64,000 nt of DNA. Source: Hydrolagus affinis (lineage: Eukaryota). Below the pieces are notes generated by a model. The model did not search any database. It was not told where the DNA came from and worked only from the letters and a program-made list of their open reading frames with translations. The position numbers and the translations under genes are program-made. Where the stretch lies: assembly GCA_012026655.1 (NCBI GenBank), contig JAAILG010000200.1, positions 62,001 through 126,000 of the forward strand, written 5' to 3'. Numbering within the stretch: position 1 is the first letter of the stretch; every line of letters starts with the position of its first letter. This document shows, in pieces, positions 59,866-64,000 of the stretch.

Positions 59866-62449
59866 AATTACAGCCTGCCATTTTAAAAAGGATAATTTTT
59901 TTTTTAAAGAATTACTTTAATGAAACAAAGTACTCAACAGGTTATTATCTTGTGATAAGAATACTACGATGTTGTTGCACCACTAAATGCTAAGATATGT
60001 GATCACAAGGCAGTCCAGAAAGTGCAGTGGATGTAGCTGCAGTTTGAGTACAGGAATGTTGCTAATTCAATTCCTCGTCCATGTCGAGCCAGGGGTGCTG
60101 GGGAAGGTTTGCCCAGGTTTATGGAGGAGAAAGACATTGAAATTCTTAGAACTGATCCCTCTTCATCAGATTCTAGTGGTTATGGGCCCATGTGCTAACT
60201 GCAAGTGAAAAGGTTGGGTTGGGCTCCACTATGACACTCACTACGGTCAACTGCCCTGCTGGTACTCACCACCATGAAGAATGGCTAATTGGGTAAAGTA
60301 CCAGAAGTCAACTAGCGTACATGCATGTGGAGATCCTATACTATTCTGCAGGTAACCATGTCCCAGAATGAGAAGCTTGGGATCAGGAACAGAGGCAAAT
60401 GCCAACAGGGTTAAAAGCAGAAAAATAATTAGATGCATTTCAAAAAGATATAGGATTATACTCACTATTTCTGAAGCACAGACTTTCTCATTCTCATTGT
60501 ATTGCCCACATAGAAGGACTGAACACTCCCGACCACTCTTGCACACCTCCCAGTGACTGTCAATCACAGTGATGTGTTTGCAGAAGCCTATTAGCTAAAG
60601 AATTGTATGTGGAGGAGTTAAAATCGGAGAGAAACTAATGCAAAAAGTGGAGGAAAAAATAACATACACTGTAGAGCCAGAATAATTCATCTCGAAAAGG
60701 GATTACCAGACAACAACAACAACAACCAGAAATCTTAATGAGAAATTCAGGTGACAACATAAACTGTAAGAACATAAACTATTCTGTAAACTCCACAATA
60801 AGATTCCTTTTGAAAAAATGATTTTCTTGCATCCAATACAGTTTACAATATCTGCTGTGGAATTGGTGGGGAAGATTTCATTATTTCCTACTTTATTTTG
60901 TTTACTAACTCAGGTCACTGAGGATGTTAACAGCCAGGATGCTCCAAATGTGTTGTATTGACATCAACAGGGAAGTATTAATGACTGTCATTGATCAGAG
61001 TTTACATATGCAGTTGGTTATCAACAGAGATGAATAGATCTACATACTTAACACAAGATTTTCCCAAATTTTGTGCAGTTGGCTTCATTGGATGGTTTAT
61101 GGCTATTTTACATGGAGCAAACCATGTGTAAAATCATGTTTATGGTTAAATTTTTATGACAAAGAACTTTCCTGATTCGTATGTCCTTGTGTTTCTTAAC
61201 AAGATGTATCTCATGCGTCCAATTTATCACCCCTTAGTCAGTCACTTGATGATATATTGATGTTACACTTGTTGAGAATTAATGGGCATTTCTGTTTATT
61301 TGAGTTAGGTGCTCTCAGCGGTGGCCATCCACTAACACTTCAACAGGTAGAGGGAAGGACATAACACACACCAGTTCATTTCAGGGAGTAAGACTTTTTC
61401 TGCCAATTGTATTCACTTTTTCCAAAAAAAACTCACACATGCAGACACCACCTGCAGACATAACATACTCTGCCTCGTAAGCTCTGTATAATCAACCAGG
61501 ATAGGATTTCCAAGCTGTAGATTACAAGGAATCCAATACTGCAATAAGATTTTCCCTGTTTAAAACCAACTGTATGATATTACATTTAAATTACAGAGGT
61601 TATAATAAGTGAACTTGGCAACAGAAACTGGTCTTTTTCTTTTGGAACATATTCTGCACATTTTATATACAACACAGGAAAATGTTGCAGAACTAAATAT
61701 AGTACTGTACTGTAAGGTGAACAATTCAATCATCATTGTTGCACAGTGTGTGAGTAAAATATCCTGAAGCAATACAGGGCTCTACGTGTGAACCCTTCCT
61801 GCTTTTCTAATGGTATCAACTGAGAACACTGGAATTATGCTATCATTACTCTGCAATCAGGACAGGAGAATTTGCATATAAATATATATGTCTGATAGCT
61901 GGCAGAGAAATGCTGCTGAAACTTTTAAACTGTCAATATTTTTACTGTCAATAAATGTGTAAACGATATCCAGCATAGCTTCATTTTAAATTTTAAAAAC
62001 CTTGCTTTATATCAGTTGAAGTTTCATATCAGATTTTGGTGTGACGTGCAGGAGGCTCTGTGCCTCAAATACTCTTGGCCAACTTCCGAAACGAAATGGT
62101 TCTGACTGCATTTGTACTGTGATTCATTTGTTGACATGAAGCCAAAACTGCGTTGCGGAAAAAGAAAGCGTGCAGTAAAAATGGCCCACAAAGCTTGTTC
62201 CACGTCCTTTTACAGTGAGGTTATGTGTTGTAGAGGTTGCTAGTCTAGGTTGTACCACCACCTGAACCTTCATGTGAGCCTTAAGAGAAAATGTGTTCTG
62301 CAATTTATGCACAAAATCAAATCATCAATACAAAGATCTCAACACCTCTGATAAGGAAAGAGAAAGTGCTGCAAAAAACGGATCAAAGTGCTGCAAAAAA
62401 TGGACCACCAACACATAAACTATGAACCAGGTTACGTTCATGGTACAGA

Positions 62450-62800
62450 ACTGTCCTTCTTTTAAATTATCTTACTGTTTGGAGTGGGTGACAGTGTGAC
62501 ATTCCTATTGAAAGAAGGGGATTTGACTTGAGTTTCCAGTTCACCTACACTGGGTGCAGAAATATTGCCTTGTGTCTGTCCTGAAATTGCCCATTGTAAG
62601 CCTAAATCTGTCCTCTTATTCTGATGCCTCAGTGCATTCAAAAATGTCGCTCTGAGTTTACTCTCTTAATCCCATATCAAATCTTATATACCTCTAGAAA
62701 TTCCCCTCTGATTGAATAGCCCTAGTTTTTCTAATTGATATTCCTAGCACATTTGCCTAACACTCAGAATCTTCCTTGTTGCTCTCTTCTGCACTGCCTC
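62450..62800 (-). mobile_element. Decayed CR1 LINE fragment
   Basis: gagtttccagttcacctacactgggtgcagaaat...cttatatacctctagaaattcccctct...ccttgttgctctcttctgcactgcctc. Confidence 0.7.
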
Positions 62801-63221
62801 TTGATTCAAGTTTGCTTGCTCTTTGACAGGCATATCATATTGGAGCCAGATTACCCACCTCTCTCCCCAAGGGAATGGTCATGATTCATACTTGTCCAAA
62901 GGCTACAATGAAGAGTTCAAATCCTAGGGAAGCCAAGTCTTTTTTTTGTAATCCTACATGTTGATGTATGCTGATGAACTGCTTTACAAAAGAAATAGAT
63001 TAGTATCTGGTTTGGAAATATAGGGAACAAACACCCACCAGGCTTTTGTGATCCAAGCATGAGGGAGTGTTGTCTGAGGAAAGGTGTAATCTAGGGATAA
63101 ATAGGGATGATGTCAGGAAACATGTATATAGAATTATCTAACAGAAGTCAGGGAATGATGTGAAATTTACTGTAATTAAGTGTAGATAAGTAGTAGTAGC
63201 AATGAGTAAAGAATTACTGTA

Positions 63222-63310
63222 CTGAAATTGCCCTTTGTAAGCCTAAATCTGGGTCCTCTTGTTCTGCTGTTTCAGTGCATTTGAAAATGTTGCTCTGAAT
63301 TTATTGTCTT
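63222..63310 (-). mobile_element. Second CR1 fragment, a direct repeat of 62581-62660
   Basis: ctgaaattgccc(a/t)ttgtaagcctaaatctg..tcctctt.ttctg...tcagtgcatt..aaaatgt.gctctga.ttta occurs twice about 640 bp apart. Confidence 0.7.
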
Positions 63311-64000
63311 AACTTGTTTATGTGGAAGGAGCACACTTGATGGATGAATGTTTTTTTTCATTTGGTGCCAGACACATGAAGAAACTTATTACCATGCTTA
63401 AGAGTATCCAAAACAAACCTGAGAATTACAGTACATGTATCCCACCAAACACTGTATCCCATGCAAACACTTCTGAGTGAGAATGTAATAAAAATATGGG
63501 ATGCCTTAAAAAATAAATAAAATATGCTTTCCCAATTTAAAATATAAATTAGTTTGGTATGTGTTTAGTTATTTGATATTTGTGCCAGTAGAAGGAATGT
63601 TATAATTGTCTGAATGTTTGTGGCCAGGATTTAGAGGGTCACAACAAAAGCATGAGTGCATAATGATTCAAAATTGTTCAGAAATAAATCCTATGTCCTG
63701 CATGTGTAATTGACATAATTCTTTAAAAAAAGTCCTCTTTCTACTCTAGTTTCATTTGCTTTCAAATGTTGCTTAGTTGTATAATCAGATAACGCAATTC
63801 AACAATGTTATACAATAGAGTATTTACTGATTTAAAGAAATAGATTGCTGAAACCATGATCTTTGTTAGTGTGCTTTTAAATTGATCAGATTAACCTAAG
63901 GCAGAAATCATGATATTATTACGGTAATGTGTCCTGTAGGATTTTTTCAATAAACAGTTTTTTAACTCTGAGGGAAAGATAGGGCAGCAGATTTTCTTGC

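Noticed and set aside
11252-62406. Short two-copy tandem duplications (about 11252, 13347, 13763, 20411, 25281, 30198, 35337, 43286, 62362)
   Set aside because: Two units of 11-22 bp with no spacers; ordinary slippage products, not CRISPR or satellite arrays.
1-64000. CRISPR arrays, operons or prokaryotic defence systems
   Set aside because: The sequence is vertebrate intronic/intergenic DNA with no repeat-spacer arrays or dense ORFs.

Overview
AT-rich, repeat-studded vertebrate genomic DNA with two assembly gaps (32053-32152, 34775-34906). It is not prokaryotic, and no long intact CDS is present; almost all entries in the ORF track are chance frames or pieces of retroposons. The repeat mix (L2 3' ends with (TTG)n tails, CR1 tails, Deu-domain SINEs, tRNA/CORE SINEs, a Penelope-type terminal repeat) suggests a cartilaginous fish, possibly a chimaera (inference). 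Signals worth following up: (1) an inverted pair of Penelope-type repeats, one with a complete minimal hammerhead ribozyme core (~40.8-41.1 kb); (2) two RFX X-box plus CCAAT promoter-like sites (8.2 kb and 31.0 kb), each next to short candidate exons that splice in frame into peptides I do not recognise, on opposite strands; (3) a decayed RTE/RTEX-like reverse transcriptase (1.3-1.9 kb); (4) nested insertions, including a complete Tigger-like MITE with TA duplication; (5) non-repetitive blocks with Pbx-Hox/Meis/homeobox motifs that look like developmental enhancers. All gene models were read by eye and are hypotheses. Repeat boundaries are approximate.
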